Below are positions 35,253 through 48,445 of a stretch of DNA of 64,000 bases, in pieces (within the stretch, counting starts at the first letter, position 1; every line of letters starts with the position of its first letter). The DNA lies in contig JABVCE010000014.1 of NCBI GenBank assembly GCA_014905635.1, forward strand, positions 62,001 to 126,000. Direction: 5' to 3'. The position numbers and the translations under genes were made by a program. This DNA comes from Scenedesmus sp. PABB004. Lineage: Eukaryota. The notes below the pieces were generated by a model. The model was not told the DNA's origin. It worked only from the letters and a program-made list of their open reading frames with translations, and ran no database searches.

Positions 35253-36857
35253 TCACTGCTGCGGCTCGGGCGGCGCCGCGGCCGGCTCCGCGGCCGGCGC
35301 GGCGGCCTTGCGCGGCTTGGGCTTGACCTCGGCCTCGGCCACGGGGCGGATGTAGACCTCGTCAGGCGGGCCGCCGTTGCGCTCGCCAAACTCAAAGCAG
35401 TAGCTGCTCGCGACGGCCAGATAGCCCCCGCACGCGCTGAAGGCGAGTGACGAGACCGACGAGGGGTACGCCGCGGTCTGCGCGGCGCGCGTGCGGCGCC
35501 GGCGGAGGCAGCGGTGTGCAGCGCCGGGTGGGCCAGGAGCGGCGGAACGGCGGCGCGGCGCGCATCGCGCGGCGCGCGGGCGGGGCCGCGGCCCGGGGGC
35601 CGGCATCACTCGGCGCCGCGGGCACCGACCTGGAAGATGCGCTTCTTGTGCGCGCCGTCCCAGACGTTGACGAGGCCGTCGCCGCCGCCCGTCGCAAAGG
35701 TGCCGTGCGTGGGGTGGAACGCGATGGCGTTGACCGGGAACACCACGTCCACGCCCGCCTCGTTGCGCCGGTGGCACTGCGCGTGCGTGCGTGCGCGCGG
35801 CGCGTGCGCGTGCGCGTGCGTGTGTGCCTCGTCCGCCGCCACGTGACCGGCCCGGCCGGCGCCGGCGCGAGGGCCCGGGCGGGCGCCGCACCTTGAACGC
35901 GTACTTTGCCTCCTGCGCGGCGGGGTCGGGGTCCAGCACCTCCATCGCGACGCGGCCCTCGACGCTGCCCAGCGCAAACACGGGCTGCCCGCTCGCCGCG
36001 GCGACGCAGCGCGTCTGGAACTTCAGGCTGCTCTCCCGCACCGGCTGCTCCGGCGCGTCGAGGCTGCGGCGGCGCGGGCGCGGCGGCGCGGGCGCGGCGC
36101 GGCGGCGGGCTGGCGGCGGCCGCGGCGCGGCGGGGCGCGGGGCGCAGCAGCCGCGGCCGGGGCCCCGCACCGGTCTGTTGCGAAGATCGCGAGTTGCCGC
36201 CCCGACGTTGCGGCGATGACGTGCGTGCGCGTGACGGCGAGGCTATACGCCCGGCCCGGCAGCGCCACGCGCGTCACGGCCGCGGCGCCCGGCGCCGCGC
36301 GCGGGTCCCAGTAGCAGAGGCTGCCGTCCCAGCTCGAGGTCGCGAGCAGGCCTGCGCAGACGCGCGGCGCGGCGCGGCTCGACTCGGCGCGGCCGCCGCG
36401 GCGCGAATCGCCCTGCCGCGCGCGCTGTGCGCCGCGGCGCGGCCGCACCCTTGTCCTCCAGCCACTCGGTGCACTTGACCGCGTCCGCGTGGCTCCCCAC
36501 CGCGGTGCGCTGCTGCGTGGCGAGGTCGAGCCGCGACACGCTGCCGTCGAGCCCGCCCACAAACGCGGCGCCGTCGTCCTGGAAGCAGCCGTCCAGCAGC
36601 GCGATCCCGGTGGCGATGCTGCACTGCGCAACGCCCTCCACGTCGTACACCCGCGCCGTCTGTGGGCCGCAGGGGCGTCGGCCGGCGGTGCAGCAAAGGG
36701 GCGTCGGCAGCAGCGCAGCGCCGCTGCACGCGCGCACCTCGTCCCACGACGTCGCCAGCAGCCGTCCGCCGCTGCTCCAGCGCAGCCGCGTGACGCCGTC
36801 GGACGGCGGCGCGGCCACGGGCGTCCCCAGGGCCGCCGCCGCGGGCGCCGCCGCCAT
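35253..36857 (-). CDS. BUB3: Mitotic checkpoint protein BUB3 (WD40)
   Basis: [79 protein letters not shown] and EVKPKP. Confidence 0.96.
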
Positions 36858-37196
36858 CGCCGCTGCGCGCGCGCCGCCGCCTGCCCGCGCTGCTGCTGTG
36901 CCGGAGCACCTGCCCACCGCGCGGGTATAAGAGAGGCAGCTCGATCAACCGCCGCCGGCGCTGTCTCCGATCGCGCGACGCTGCTCGGTCGCGTTCGCGC
37001 TGCTCAGCCCGCGGCGGCGGCGCTCTGCGGGCGTGCTGCGTGCGGGAGCTGCGAAAGGGATCTGCGAAGGAGCGCGGGCGACCACACCGCCGCCGCCCGG
37101 ACCACAACTGCCGTTTCGTATTCCGGCGAGGCGTTCCGCACGCGCGCCCCGCCGCGTCACGCCCCCGCTCACGCCGCCGCCCGCCGCCGCGCCGCG

Positions 37197-40100
37197 TCAC
37201 GCCGCCGCCGCCGCCGAGGCGCCCCAGAAGCTACTCGCGACGCTCGCGGCAAAGTAGAGGCCGTACCACGCGCGCGCGGCGTGAGCAAACCAGGGCGGCA
37301 GGCGCCGCCCGGGGCGCCGCCCGACCGCGACGATCGCGGCGCCGTAGGCCAGCAGGAAGGCGCAGCCGAGCGCGACCTCGGGCGTGAGCTCGACGCGCAC
37401 CGCTGCCGCGCGCGTGCGGTGGAGGCGCGCGGAGAAGCCGAGCGCGAGCGACATGAGCATGTTGAACAGCGGCGCGGCGAAGCACGCGGTGATCGCGGTC
37501 GACCCGTGCCCTGCGCGCGCCATCGCGGTGTTGCCGAAGTAGTCGCCGAGCGAGTTGCCCCACGCGAGGAGCGTGAGGCCCATCAGCCCCGACGGCAGGC
37601 CCGCGAGGCCGCCGAGGAAGGTGATGACGCCGACGACCTCGCCCGCGACGCTGTCGATCCACGCGACGCCCATCGCAAAGCCCGCGACCGCGAGCAGCCC
37701 TGGCGCGGCGCGCGACGCGGGCCCGCCGAGGCCCTGCGCGGGGAGCTGCCCCGGGGCGTCGCGCGCCGTGAGCGCGGCCGCGGCCGCCGCGGCCACGACG
37801 CCGCCGCCCGCCGCGCCGAGCACGGCGGGCAGCGTGAGCGCGCCGAGGTAGACGACCGCGCCCAGCGGCGCGCACAGCAGCGCGGCGATGAGCCACTCGC
37901 GGCTGTAGCCGGCGTCGCTGGCAAAGGGGATGGTCAGGCGCTGGCCCAGGTAGGCCGGCAGCAGCAGCGGGAAGGTGACGCGGCGGAAGGTCCGCCGCAC
38001 CGCGCCCGCGCCCGCCCAGTCCTCCGAGTTGCCGAGCGTCACGTGCCACTGCAGCTGCTGCCACGCGTCCGCCCCGGCGGCGGCCCCGGCGCCGCCTCGA
38101 GCTGCTGCTCCTCCTCCTCCTGCTGCCGCTGCTGCTGCTGCTCCCGCGGCCACCGCCGCTTGGTCCCGCCGCCTGCCGCTGCAGGGGGCGTGGAGGGCGC
38201 GGTGTGCGTCGCGCCGTCCCCAAACGGGCTCAGCAGCAGGCCCGACGCTGCCGCTGTGCCGCCTGCTTCGCCGGGCTGCTGCTCCTGCTGCTCCTGCTGC
38301 TGCTGCTGCTGGACCGCGGCCAGCAGGTCCAGCTGCTGCTGCCGCGCCGCCAGGGTTGGCATCGACGACGCCGACCGCTCTACCAACGCGCCCTGCGCGG
38401 GCGGCTGGTAGCTGCCGTCTGCGGGAGGACAGCGCAGCAGCGGGCGGGCGCCGTGAGCGCGTGGCGCGCCGTGCGCGGCGGCGGCCGGCCGCGCGGCAGC
38501 CGCCGGGCGCCGGCGCGCCACGCCGCCCACCCAGCGTGCCGGGGCCGCCCGGCAGGCTGCCGCCGCGCGCGGGGCGGCTGCGGCCGAGCGCGGCCGCCGC
38601 GATCTCTCGCTCCAGGCGCGCCTCCTCCTCCTCGTCCTCGGCCAGGTCCGCCCACACCAGCTGCCGGTAGGTCTTGGCGTCGACATACGTCTGGCTGCCC
38701 AGGCTCAGCAGGTGCGGCGCGTGGCCCGTGTGGCTCGCGCGCTGCGCCGCCGGCGCGGGCTGCCACGGCGCCGGCTCGGCGCCCCACGGCGGGCCGGCGA
38801 CCGGGCTGCCCCCGTGCAGCGACGTGCCCGGCGTGCTGCCGCGCCGCGACGAGGCAGCCCAGTCGGACAGCTCCGTGCTGACGCCGCTGCTCGCGCGCAG
38901 GCCGCTCGCGCCGGACGCCCGCCCCCCACGCACGGCGCTGCCGGCGCGGCCGGGCAGCCACTCGGCCGGACTCAAAAACGTGTCCGCCTCCTCGTCCTCC
39001 GCCAGCGCCCAGGGCAGCAGCGACTCCTCCAGCTCGTCCCGCGTCGCAAAGCCCTGCGCGCCGCCGCCGGGCAGCGCCGCGCCGCCGCGCGGCCCGCCGC
39101 CGCCGACGCCGCCTTGGCCGCGCCGCCGCCGCCGGGCATGTACGCCGACAGCGCCGCGCGCAGCGAGTCGAGGCGCGGCGGCTTGGGCCGGCCACGCTGG
39201 TGCCACTCGTCGCCCGCAAAGACCCAGGCCATGTAGGCGATGTACAGCGCGACCGCCCAGCCCACAAACACGCGCGACACCTGCCGCGCGCCCGGGCGCG
39301 GCGCGGCGCGTTCGTTCGGCGCTCGGCGCGGCACGGCGCGGCGCGGCGGCGTGCGTGCGCGCCTGCGCTCGCGCGCGCGCGCGGCCGCGCCTGGCCCAGC
39401 GCAAAGGCGAGCAGCACGCTGGTGATAGCCAGGCAGTACACGCCCACGTCGCGCAGCATCGCGCCGCCGCACTTGATGCCGTCAGGCCCCGCCAGCGCGA
39501 TCAGCTCCGCGGCAACGATGCACTGCGGGCGGACGGGCGGGCGGGCTCGGCGGCCGGCCGCACGGCGCGGCGCAGCGCGGCGCGCGCGTGGAGGCGGGGG
39601 CCGGGGCCGGCGCCGCGCACGCACCTGCACAAACATCGCCGCGCCGGTGAGCGCGCCGGCGGAGAGCACCACCTCGCCCGCGCTGATGGCCGCGACGTTG
39701 GCCGACAGGTCGGGCGCGCCGTTGCCGAGCGCGACAAACGTCACTGCGCGCGCGGCGCGCCGCGGCGGCGGCGGCGGCGCGCGCGCTCTCGCTCGGCGCG
39801 CCCAGCGCTGCGCGCGCGCCGCCGCCGCGGCGCCGCGCGCCGGCCGGCTCGCAAGCCCCCGCACCGCCTGCGAAGCGCGGGCGCATCTTTGGGATGGCCT
39901 GGCTGACGTGGGCCATGATGGGCGCGATGTAGAACTCTGCCGTGTCGCCGAGCAGGCAGAACGCGAGCGGCAGCAGGCAGCACGCCGCCGCCTGCACGCG
40001 CGACGGCGGCCGCGGCCGCGGCGGCGTGAGCGCCGCGCGGGGGGCGGCCCGCCCGCGCGGGGGCGGGCTGCGCAGGAGGCCGGCCGGCTGCGCGGGAGGG

Positions 40101-40604
40101 CTGGCTGCATGGGGGCTGGCTGCGCGTGCGCACCACGTAGGCCCATCGGAAGACCACATTCGTGTGGGCGACATGGCAGTAGTACCAGCGCGCGTACGGC
40201 ACGGCGCTCTCTGCAGCGGCGCGCGGCGGCGGCGCGCGGCGCTGGTGTGCCTCCTGCGGCCGCGGCGCGGCCCAGGCGCGCCCGCCGGCGCCGCCCGCCC
40301 CGGCGCACCTGAGGGGCAGCTCTCGCGCACGAAGGCACAGCGCTGCTCCGCCGGCACGCGCGCGAGCGCGTCGCACGAGTAGGCCTGCTGCGCGGCGGCC
40401 GGCCGGCCGGGGGTCGGCTCGCCGCGCGGCGCCGCGCTGCCGCCGGCGGCGGTCCTGCGTGCCAAGTGCAGTGCAGACACACCCACGCACCTGTGTGCCG
40501 CCGCCCTTGCCGTGCTCGCCGACCGCGGCCGCGCACGCGAGCGGCGGCAGCAGCAGCGCCGCTGCAACCGCCGCCGCCGCCGCGCGGCGGCCACCTCCTG
40601 GCAT
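37197..40604 (-). CDS. CCX: Cation/calcium exchanger (CCX/NCLX family)
   Basis: Signal peptide; LGDTAEFY; alpha-1 repeat VTFVALGNGAPD; alpha-2 repeat GLTLLAWGNSLGD; AITACFAAPLFNML. Confidence 0.93.
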
Positions 40605-40987
40605 GGTCACGGGCTGCTGGGCATGCCGCCGGTGCGGGCGGGGGACGCCTGGGGGCTGCGCCTGGTGCCGGGCCGCCTACGTGTGAGAGTGGCGGCCGCA
40701 CGCGGCGCGCGGCGCGCTCTGCGAGCGGCGCGGAGGCACGACGGGAGTGCCCTGGGCGGGAGTGAGGCCAGAAACGGCGCCCCAGCAGTTGCAGCAGCGA
40801 GCTGTCACAGCGAGTTTTTCTGCAGAACACGCGCCTCCGCCCTTGATCCTCCTCCACTCCTCCGTTGCTCTCATCCTCGCCCGAGACCGGCAGCACCACC
40901 CGCCACCAGCAGCAGCAGCAGCAGCAGCAGACGCGGCGCCGCGCCTCTCCGCGCCATGCCCGCCGCCCCCGGCAGCCCCGCCGCATA

Positions 40988-41382
40988 ATGGTGTCGGCCA
41001 CCGCCGGCGCCCTGCTCACCTGGTGGGCCGTGCGCGGGCGCATGCACCGGCGCGGCGCGTCGGCGGGCGCGGCCGCCGCTGATGCCGCGCCCCGCCGCCC
41101 CCGCGCCGCAGCGACGTGCCCACCAAGGAGTTCCTGGTCTGGCTGAACAACCAGCACAAGGGCCAGAAGTGAGCGCGCCAGCACCGCCGGGTCGCGGCCG
41201 CCACGCGCACCGCCCGCCGCGCCGCCGCCGCCCTCACTGCCGCTGCGCGCAGGCAGGCGTTCATCATCCGCGTGCTGGACGACACGCACCTGCTGGTCAA
41301 GGAGGACGTGGTAGAGTGGGTGCAGGAGCAGGTCAAGGCGTTCAACAACAAGAACGTCTACACGCCGCCCGTCGTCGAGTGA
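40988..41382 (+). CDS. TFB5: TFIIH subunit 5 (TFB5/TTDA; REX1-S), 3 exons
   Basis: MVSATAGALLTCDVPTKEFLVWLN..FIIRVLDDTHLLV..WVQEQVKAFNNKNVY; TGA 41380-41382. Confidence 0.95.
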
Positions 41383-41430
41383 ACGCGCACGCACGCGTGC
41401 ACGCGACGTAGCTCGCACCTGACGCGCGCG

Positions 41431-42492
41431 ATGGACGGCGGCGGCGGCGGCGGCGCGGCGCTCGCGCTGCTGCAGGAGTTCCAGGCGGTGCAGGCCGCGC
41501 GCGCGGAGGCGTACAGCCGCTTCGCCGGCGGCTTCCGCGATTTCCTGGGCCACGGGCAGGAGGGGCGGTACAAGCAGCTCATGGCCGCCGTCACGCCCGC
41601 GTTTGCGGCGGCGTCGCAGCAGGCGCGGCGGCCGCGGGGCGGATGCCGCCCGGCGCGCGGGGCGCGGGGTGCGCGGGGCGCAGGCAGCTGAGCACACGGC
41701 CGCCGTTGGTTGCCGGGCGCAGGTCATCCACATCGAGGGCTGCCTGCGCTCCGACGCGGTCGGCCGGCCCGACCTCGCGGCGCTGCTGCGCCGCGTGCAG
41801 GAGCTGGAGCGCGACAAGCTGCGCCTCACGCTGAGCTGGTGCGGCGGGCGCCGAGGCGGGCCCGGCCGCGGCGGCGGCGGCGCCAGCGCCGGGCGGCGGC
41901 CGACCCCCGCCGCCGCTCCCCCCTCGCCGCGCGCGCGCAGGCAGGCGCTGCGCGCAGCGCACGCCGCGGGGCGCTTCAGCTGGCAGGCGCCGGCGGACCG
42001 GCCGGGCGCCAAGTTCAGCCAGGAGCAGCAGGCGGCGCAGCTGCAGGGCCTGCTGCAGGTGCTGCGGCTCGAGCAGGAGGCGCTCGGGCGCGCGGGCGAC
42101 GACGTGCGCGCATGCACGAGCGACCAGCAGCGCGGCGGGGCGGCGCAGCAGGTGGAGGGGCACATGACGGTCAAGCCGGGCTTCTACCAGCAGCAGCTGG
42201 CGCAGGCGGCGGCCGCGGCCGCGGCGGCGCCCCCGCGCACGGCCCCGCCGGCGGCGCGCAGCCGCGCGAGCAGCAGCAGCCGCGCGGGGACCACCACCAC
42301 CACGGCTGCTGCGGGCACGGGCACGCCCCGCCCGACCCGCTGGACGCCGGCGGCGCGGAGGAGCCGAGCGAGGCCGAGTACTCGGCGGCGGTGCGCGAGG
42401 CGCTGCAGGCGCTCGACGGCTGCGTGGAGGGCATCAACGAGGCTCTGGAGGAGCTGCGCGACGCGGCGGCGGAGCTGGCGGGCGCGGAGTGA
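41431..42492 (+). CDS. REX1-B: REX1-B (required for excision 1-B) domain protein
   Basis: LLQEFQAVQAARAEAYSRF..GF, VTPAFAAASQQV..IE..L, LAALLRRVQELERDKLRLT and INEALEELR; apparent frameshift in the C-run near 42230. Confidence 0.88.
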
Positions 42493-42767
42493 CGCGGGGA
42501 GCGCGGCGCCGCGCCGTCACTGACGCGGCGCGCGAGCCGCTGTCTCGCGTGTGAAGCTGCCGCCGCCGGCTGGCGGCTTCTGCATGTACTGCGTGCGTGC
42601 GGGAGCTCAGCAGTTGTGTGTGCGGCAACTCCCCTCTGGCCGCTCCGCTCTGCGCCGCCAGAGGAGTTTCTCTTTTTTCGTCGCCGCTCCGCTCTGTGCC
42701 GGCCTCGCTTTGAGCCGCCCGCCCGTCCGACAGCACCGCAAGCTCAGTTAGAGCAGCCAACGCGGGC

Positions 42768-44067
42768 ATGGCGAGCCCGGCGAGCGGCGCAGGCGGCACG
42801 TACGTGCCGCCGCAGCTTTCGCAGCTGCCGCCCGACGAGCACCGCCAGCCGCTGCTGGGTCCCGACGAAGGTGCGCTAAAGAGTTCTCCTGACCTCACCG
42901 CGCGAGCAGGGACAGCTCGGGACGGCGGAGGAGCGAGGCCAGGCGCGCGCTGCAACAGCGGCGCCCGCGCCGCGAGCTCAGGCCCCGCCCTTCCCCGCCC
43001 TGCCCGCCGCGCCCCAGAGCGCAGCAGTGGCGAGCCACACCACCAGCCGGCAGGCGCGCCGCAGCCCGCGGCGGCGCCGCCGCCGCAGCCAGCGGCGCGC
43101 GCGCCGAGCCAGCCGCCGCCGAGTGTGCACGACCAGCTCCACATCGAAGCCGCGCTCGCGGCGTGGGGCTCGCTGGCGACGGGGCACCCCGTGGCCGGCC
43201 TCAGCGCGGGGCTGGCGCTGCCAAACGTCGCGGCCGCGTGGGCGGCGCAGCGCGGCTTGATGACAGCGCTGCTCGTGTCGAGCACGCTCGAGCTGCTGCT
43301 ATTCGCGCCGTTCTTCGTGACCACCAGCCTCTTCCTCGGGGCGAGTGCCGCCGCCGCCGCGCCAAGCACGCCGCCGCCAGCGGGGCGTCCGAACGCCTGG
43401 TCCAGCGAGCCCCCCGGCGCACGGGCTGACCTCCCTTCCGCTGCGGCGCGCTCGCAGGCGGAGGTCGCGGCCATCCTCGGCCTCTGCGCCTCGGGCCTGC
43501 ACGTCTGCCAGCGCCGCGCCGCGGACGGTGCGGCGGCGCCGTCGAGGCGGGCGCGCACCCGCGCCCCCGCGCAGTGGTGGTGTGTGAGCGACGCCGCGCC
43601 CGCGCCGCGCAGTGCTCGAGCTGGGCGGCCAGATCAAGGCCGCCGCGGCGTGCGGCGCGGCGGCATTCGTGCTGGACGGAATGTCCGCTGCGCTCTGCCT
43701 GGTCGTGGCATGGGGCGCCAGCGACTGCGACGACGGCGACGAGGCGTGCGAGAGGTGCGGCGCGGCGGCGCGCGCGGCGGCGGCTGAGCCCCTCGCGCCC
43801 TGCGCTGTGTGCCCTCCCGAGCTCAGCGCGCCGCGCTGCGTCGAGCCCCGCGCCCGGCGCCGTGCGCCCTCCCGAGCTCACCGCGCTGCGCCGCCGCGCC
43901 GCGCGCCGCGCCCCGCGCCGCGCCGCGCCGGCAGCATCGTCTCATACATCGCGCTCTTCGGCGTCTTCTGCTGCTGGCACGCCTGGCTCAGCCTCACCGT
44001 CGCGGGGCGCGCGCGCGCGCTGCTGCCGCTGCTCAACCCGGTCAGCTCCGGCGTCGTCGCGCTCTGA
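42768..44067 (+). CDS. Hypothetical 4-TM membrane protein
   Basis: ATG 42768; four hydrophobic segments over ~5 exons; Cys-flanked acidic loop SDCDDGDEAC; N-terminal dileucine-like DEHRQPLL. Confidence 0.7.
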
Positions 44068-44774
44068 GCTGCTCAGAGCGCGGCCTCGCCCAGGCCGAGC
44101 GAGGCCGGGGCGCGCGCGGGGTCGCGCGCGCACGTCCGGGTTGCGCGCACACGTCCGGGGTTGCGCGCAGCGGCGCGGCGGCGGGCGGGCGCGCGGCCGC
44201 TGCGAGACGCGGCTTGTGTGTGTGCTTCCAGCGCAGCAGCGGAGCGGAGGGGCGCGGCGCAACAACGCCGCAATGCGTGGGCGGCGGGGCGGGGCGCAGC
44301 GGCGCGCCAAACCGCGCAGCGCTGCTGCGCCGCTCCGGACTTGGCGGCCCACGCAGGTGACCGTGGCACCTGCGCACGCAAGCGTCGTGACAGCCCGAAT
44401 CACCGTGCCCAACCGGAGGCGGAGAACGCCGCGGCGCACCCCGGCCTGCGGCCCCGCCACGGCCTGACCACGCCGACCCGCAACCCCCGGCTGGGCGCCG
44501 GCGCCGTTGCGGAGCGCCAGCGTGCCGGGCAGCGGGCGCGGGTGCCCGCGCCTGGTGCCGCGCTGCGGGGCCTCCCGCGTGATGCCCGGGCCGTGAAGGC
44601 CCGGGGGCCGCACCGTCGCCGCTCGCGTGCCGGGCGCGCGTGGGGCGGCCGCGCTCGCGGCCCAGCGGCGGCAGCGGCGCCGCTGCTGTTGGCGCCGCGC
44701 CCGCGCGCGCGTGATGGCTGCGGCCCAGCCCGCCTGAGGCGCTAGCCCCGCGCGACTGCACCCAGCACGCCAGC

Positions 44775-47700
44775 ATGAACATCTGGGACCAGCTGGTGGA
44801 CTGCATCTGCCGCCCGCCGAGGTGGCCCGCCGCGCGCGAGCTGGCGACGACAACCCAGCACCGCGCGCCGCAGCGCGCCAGGGCCACGGCGTGGCCTGGG
44901 CGCGCCAGGGCCGCGCCCGACCCCCGGCCCGCGCCGCGTCGCGCTGCCGCAGGGATGTGTACGCGCCGCAGGAGCTGCTGGGCGGCACGCACCCGCAGTC
45001 GTTCATGGTCGGCAGCATGGAGGCGACACGCATCGACTATGAGCTGGTGCGGCCCGTTGGATGATGACGGGGGCGGGGCTGGCGGGGCCTGGGCTGGGTC
45101 GAGCTGTGGGCTGGAAGGCTGCAACAGCAGCAGCAGCATCGGCAGGCGGCAGACGGCAGACGGCAGCAGCTGCGGCCGGCGCGTGCGTGTGCCGGCGGCG
45201 AGCGCGGCCCGCGGGCGCGAGCGCTGGCGCCCGCCGACCCCCCCCGTGCGCGCCTGCCGCCGCGCCCGGCAGACGAGCACCCGCGGCGAGGCGATCCAGT
45301 GCAGCCACTACCTGCCGCTGGGCGCGGTGCCACGCGAGGGCTGCAAGCCGCCGGTCGTCGTGTACTGCCACTGCAACAGCGGCAGCCGGCGCGACGCGGA
45401 GGAGGCGGTCTGGCACCTGCTGCCCTGCGGCGTGGGCGTGGTCGCGTTTGACTTCACGGTGTGTGCAGGACTAGGACTAGCACTGAGCGCACCACGCGGC
45501 GCGACGACGCGCGCGGCGCGGCGGGGGCCGCGCGGCCGCGCCCGCCTGGCGGTGCGCAGACCGCCGCCCACGCGCAGCTACGCGCCGCCCGCCGCGCGCG
45601 CAGGGCTCGGGCCTGTCGGACGGGCGCTGGGTGACACTGGGCGCGCATGAGGTGGACGACCTGGCTGTCGTGGTGGCGCACCTGCGCGCCAAGTGGGGCG
45701 TTGGCACGATCGGGCTGTGGGGCCGCTCCATGGGCGCCGTGACGGCGCTGCTCTACGCGCACACAGACCCGGGCATCGCCGGAATGGTGCGGCGCCGGCG
45801 CGGCGCGGCGGGGTCCGCCACTGCGCGGGCGCGCGCCGGCCGCCGCTGGCCTGACGCGGCTGCTGTGTGCGCCGCCGGAACCGGGCGCAGGTGCTGGACA
45901 GCCCGTTCAGCCGGCTGACCGACCTCATGCTGGAGATTGTGGTCAGCCAGCGCCTGCCCATCCCCAAGGCGCGCCCGCCAGCGGGCGTGCTCCCGCGCAG
46001 CGCCGCCGGCTGCGGCGGCGGCGCGGCCGGCGCCCGCCCGCCCACCACCGGCGCGCCGCGCACCGCCCCGTCGCGCAGGTGATGCTGCGGCTGGCGCTGA
46101 AGCTCATGCGCGCGAGCGTGCGGCGCAAGGCGGGCGCCGACATCAACAGCGTGTCGCCGCTCGACGTCGTCGGCCGCGCGACCGTGCCGGCCATGTTTGG
46201 GCACGGCGAGGAGGACAGTTTCATTGACGTCTCACACTCGGGTGCGTGTGTGGGCGCGACGGCAGCGCGTCGCTGCGCGGCGCTGGGCTGCACGGCGGGG
46301 TGTGCAGCCGGGCGGGCGGCAACGCCCCCTGGGGGCGGCCGCCGCCCGCGGCACCACTGCGCCCGGGCCGGGCACCCCCTCCGCCGCCGCCCACGCGGCA
46401 CCGCGCGCGCGCGGCGCGCAGTGAAGCTCCACGCCGCGTACGCGGCGGCCGCGCCCGCGGGCGTGTACAAGAACCTCGTGCGCTTTGCGGGCGACCACAA
46501 CCACCCGCGCCCCGCGTTCTTCTACTCCTCTGTCTGCTGCTTCTTCCACCAGCAGCTGCGACTCGACGACCTGCTCCTGGGCGGCAACCCGGTGCGCGCC
46601 GCCGGGGGCCGGGCGCAGGGCGCAGGGGTCAGGGCAGCGGCGGCGCGCGGCGCGGGCGCTCAGCGGCCCGCCGTGCGGGCGCGGGTCGTCAGCGCCGGCG
46701 CGCCGCCTTCGCGTGTCACCGCGCGCCGCAGGCCGACACGCAGCAGCTGCTGCGCCACGGCTCGCTCAACCTCGCGGGCGAGGCGGCGGAGCAGGTGGAC
46801 CGCGCCAATGGGTTCATCAACACGCCGTGGAGCCTTGACGGCATGCACCAGCTGTCGGCGCTCGAGGACCAGCGCGACGCCGCGGCCGCGGCGCTGCTGC
46901 TGGAGGCGGCCGACGCGGAGGCGGCTGCCGCGTTTGCCGCCGCCGCGGCGCCGCGCGGCGCGGCGAGCGGCGCAGCCGCGGCGCGCCGCCGGCGCTCGGC
47001 GGCGGGCTCAACTCGCCGCGCGCGCCGCGGTCGCGCGCGCACGGCGGCTTTAGCTGCCGCGCCGACGGCGCCGTCGTGGGCTCGGCGCCGGCGGGCGTTG
47101 CGTTCGAGGAGCTCGTCGCGCAGCGCCAGCTGCAGCTCGCGGCGGCGGGCGCGGCGGCGCACGGCCGCGGCGCGTTTGACGGCGGCGCCGGCGCCGCGCC
47201 GGCGGGGCTCGCGCTGCGCGCGCGGCGGCTCGCCGACGACGCATTTGAGCTGGGCAGCCGCGGCGACCTGCTCAGCGCGGCGGCACGCGCAGCGCCCCCG
47301 GCCGCCGACGCGGGCGCGCCGCAGGGGCTGAGCGGCGCGCCCGGCCCGGGGCCGCGCAGCCCGGGGGGCAGCGCCAGCAGCGGCGCCGGCGGCGCGCGCT
47401 CGGCCAGCCCCAGCCTGCTGGCGGCCGGCGCCGACCGGCTGCTGGGGCTGCTTAAGCGCAAGGGCGGCGGCCTCGGAGCAGCCCCGGAGGCGGCGGCGCC
47501 TGGGGCGGCGCCCGATGCGGGGCCGGCGGCGGCGGCGACGCGCCGCTGTCGTCGTCGCCGCCGGCCGCGCCGCTCAGGAGCCCGCGAGGCAGCGGCCAAC
47601 CGGCGGCGGCGGCGGCGCGGTCCCTCGCCTACGGACAGGACCCGCGCCAGCAGCGCCCCCGCGCGCCGCTGCCGCCGCTGCCGTCGCTGTTTGCAGGCGC

Positions 47701-48238
47701 GGCCGGCGCCGGCCAGGCGGCGGAGTGGCAGCTGCCGCCGCGGCCAGGCAGCCCTGGGCCCGGCGGCGCATGGGCAGGCCACGCCGGCGCGGCGTCGGAC
47801 GACGACGAGCTGTCCGCCGTTGACGACCAGCTCGCCGCCGCAATCGCCGCGTCGCTGCTGGACCAGCAGCACCTCGGCGCCGGCGGCGCGCAGCCGCAGC
47901 AGCAGCAGCAGCAGCAGCAGCAGCTGCTGCTCCCGCCGCTCGGCGCCGCGCCGCGGCGGGAGCCGTTCACGCACGACGAAGAGGTCGAGATGATCCAGCG
48001 CGCCATCCAGCTCTCCCTCGCGGAGGCGGCGCTCGCGGAACGCGGTGGAGGCGGCGGCGGCGCGCTGCTGGAGAGCCAGGCGTCGGAGCCGCCGGCGCCG
48101 GCGGCACTGCTCGGCGGCGGCGGCGGCGGCGACCCGCCGCCGCCTGCGCAGCAGGGCGGCGACGGCGAGGTGCAGCAGGAGCCGGGCTTGCAGTGCTCGT
48201 CCGGCGGCCGCACGGTCGCGGCGCGGGGGCTGGCGTGA
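44775..48238 (+). CDS. Alpha/beta hydrolase (YqkD-like) with C-terminal UIM-like motifs
   Basis: WDQLVDCICRPPR, VVYCHCNSGSR, FDFTGSGLSDG, GLWGRSMGA (nucleophile), VLDSPFS and FAGDHNHPRP; UIM-like DDQLAAAIAASL and EEVEMIQRAIQLSLAE; 3' exon structure uncertain. Confidence 0.9.
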
Positions 48239-48445
48239 CGCATCAGGCGGCGGGGACCGCAGAGGGCTTAACGATTAAGCGCACACGCGCGCGGGCGGGC
48301 GACTTGCCCCGCACATGGTCCGTGGATCTAGCACTCATCACCACCGTCACCCGTTTTTCGCCATTGCCACGGGCTTCGTCCCCGGCGCTGTATTCTTTTC
48401 CTTTCCGCTAAACAATCCGTCAACGCCATGTAATAAGCGATGGCC

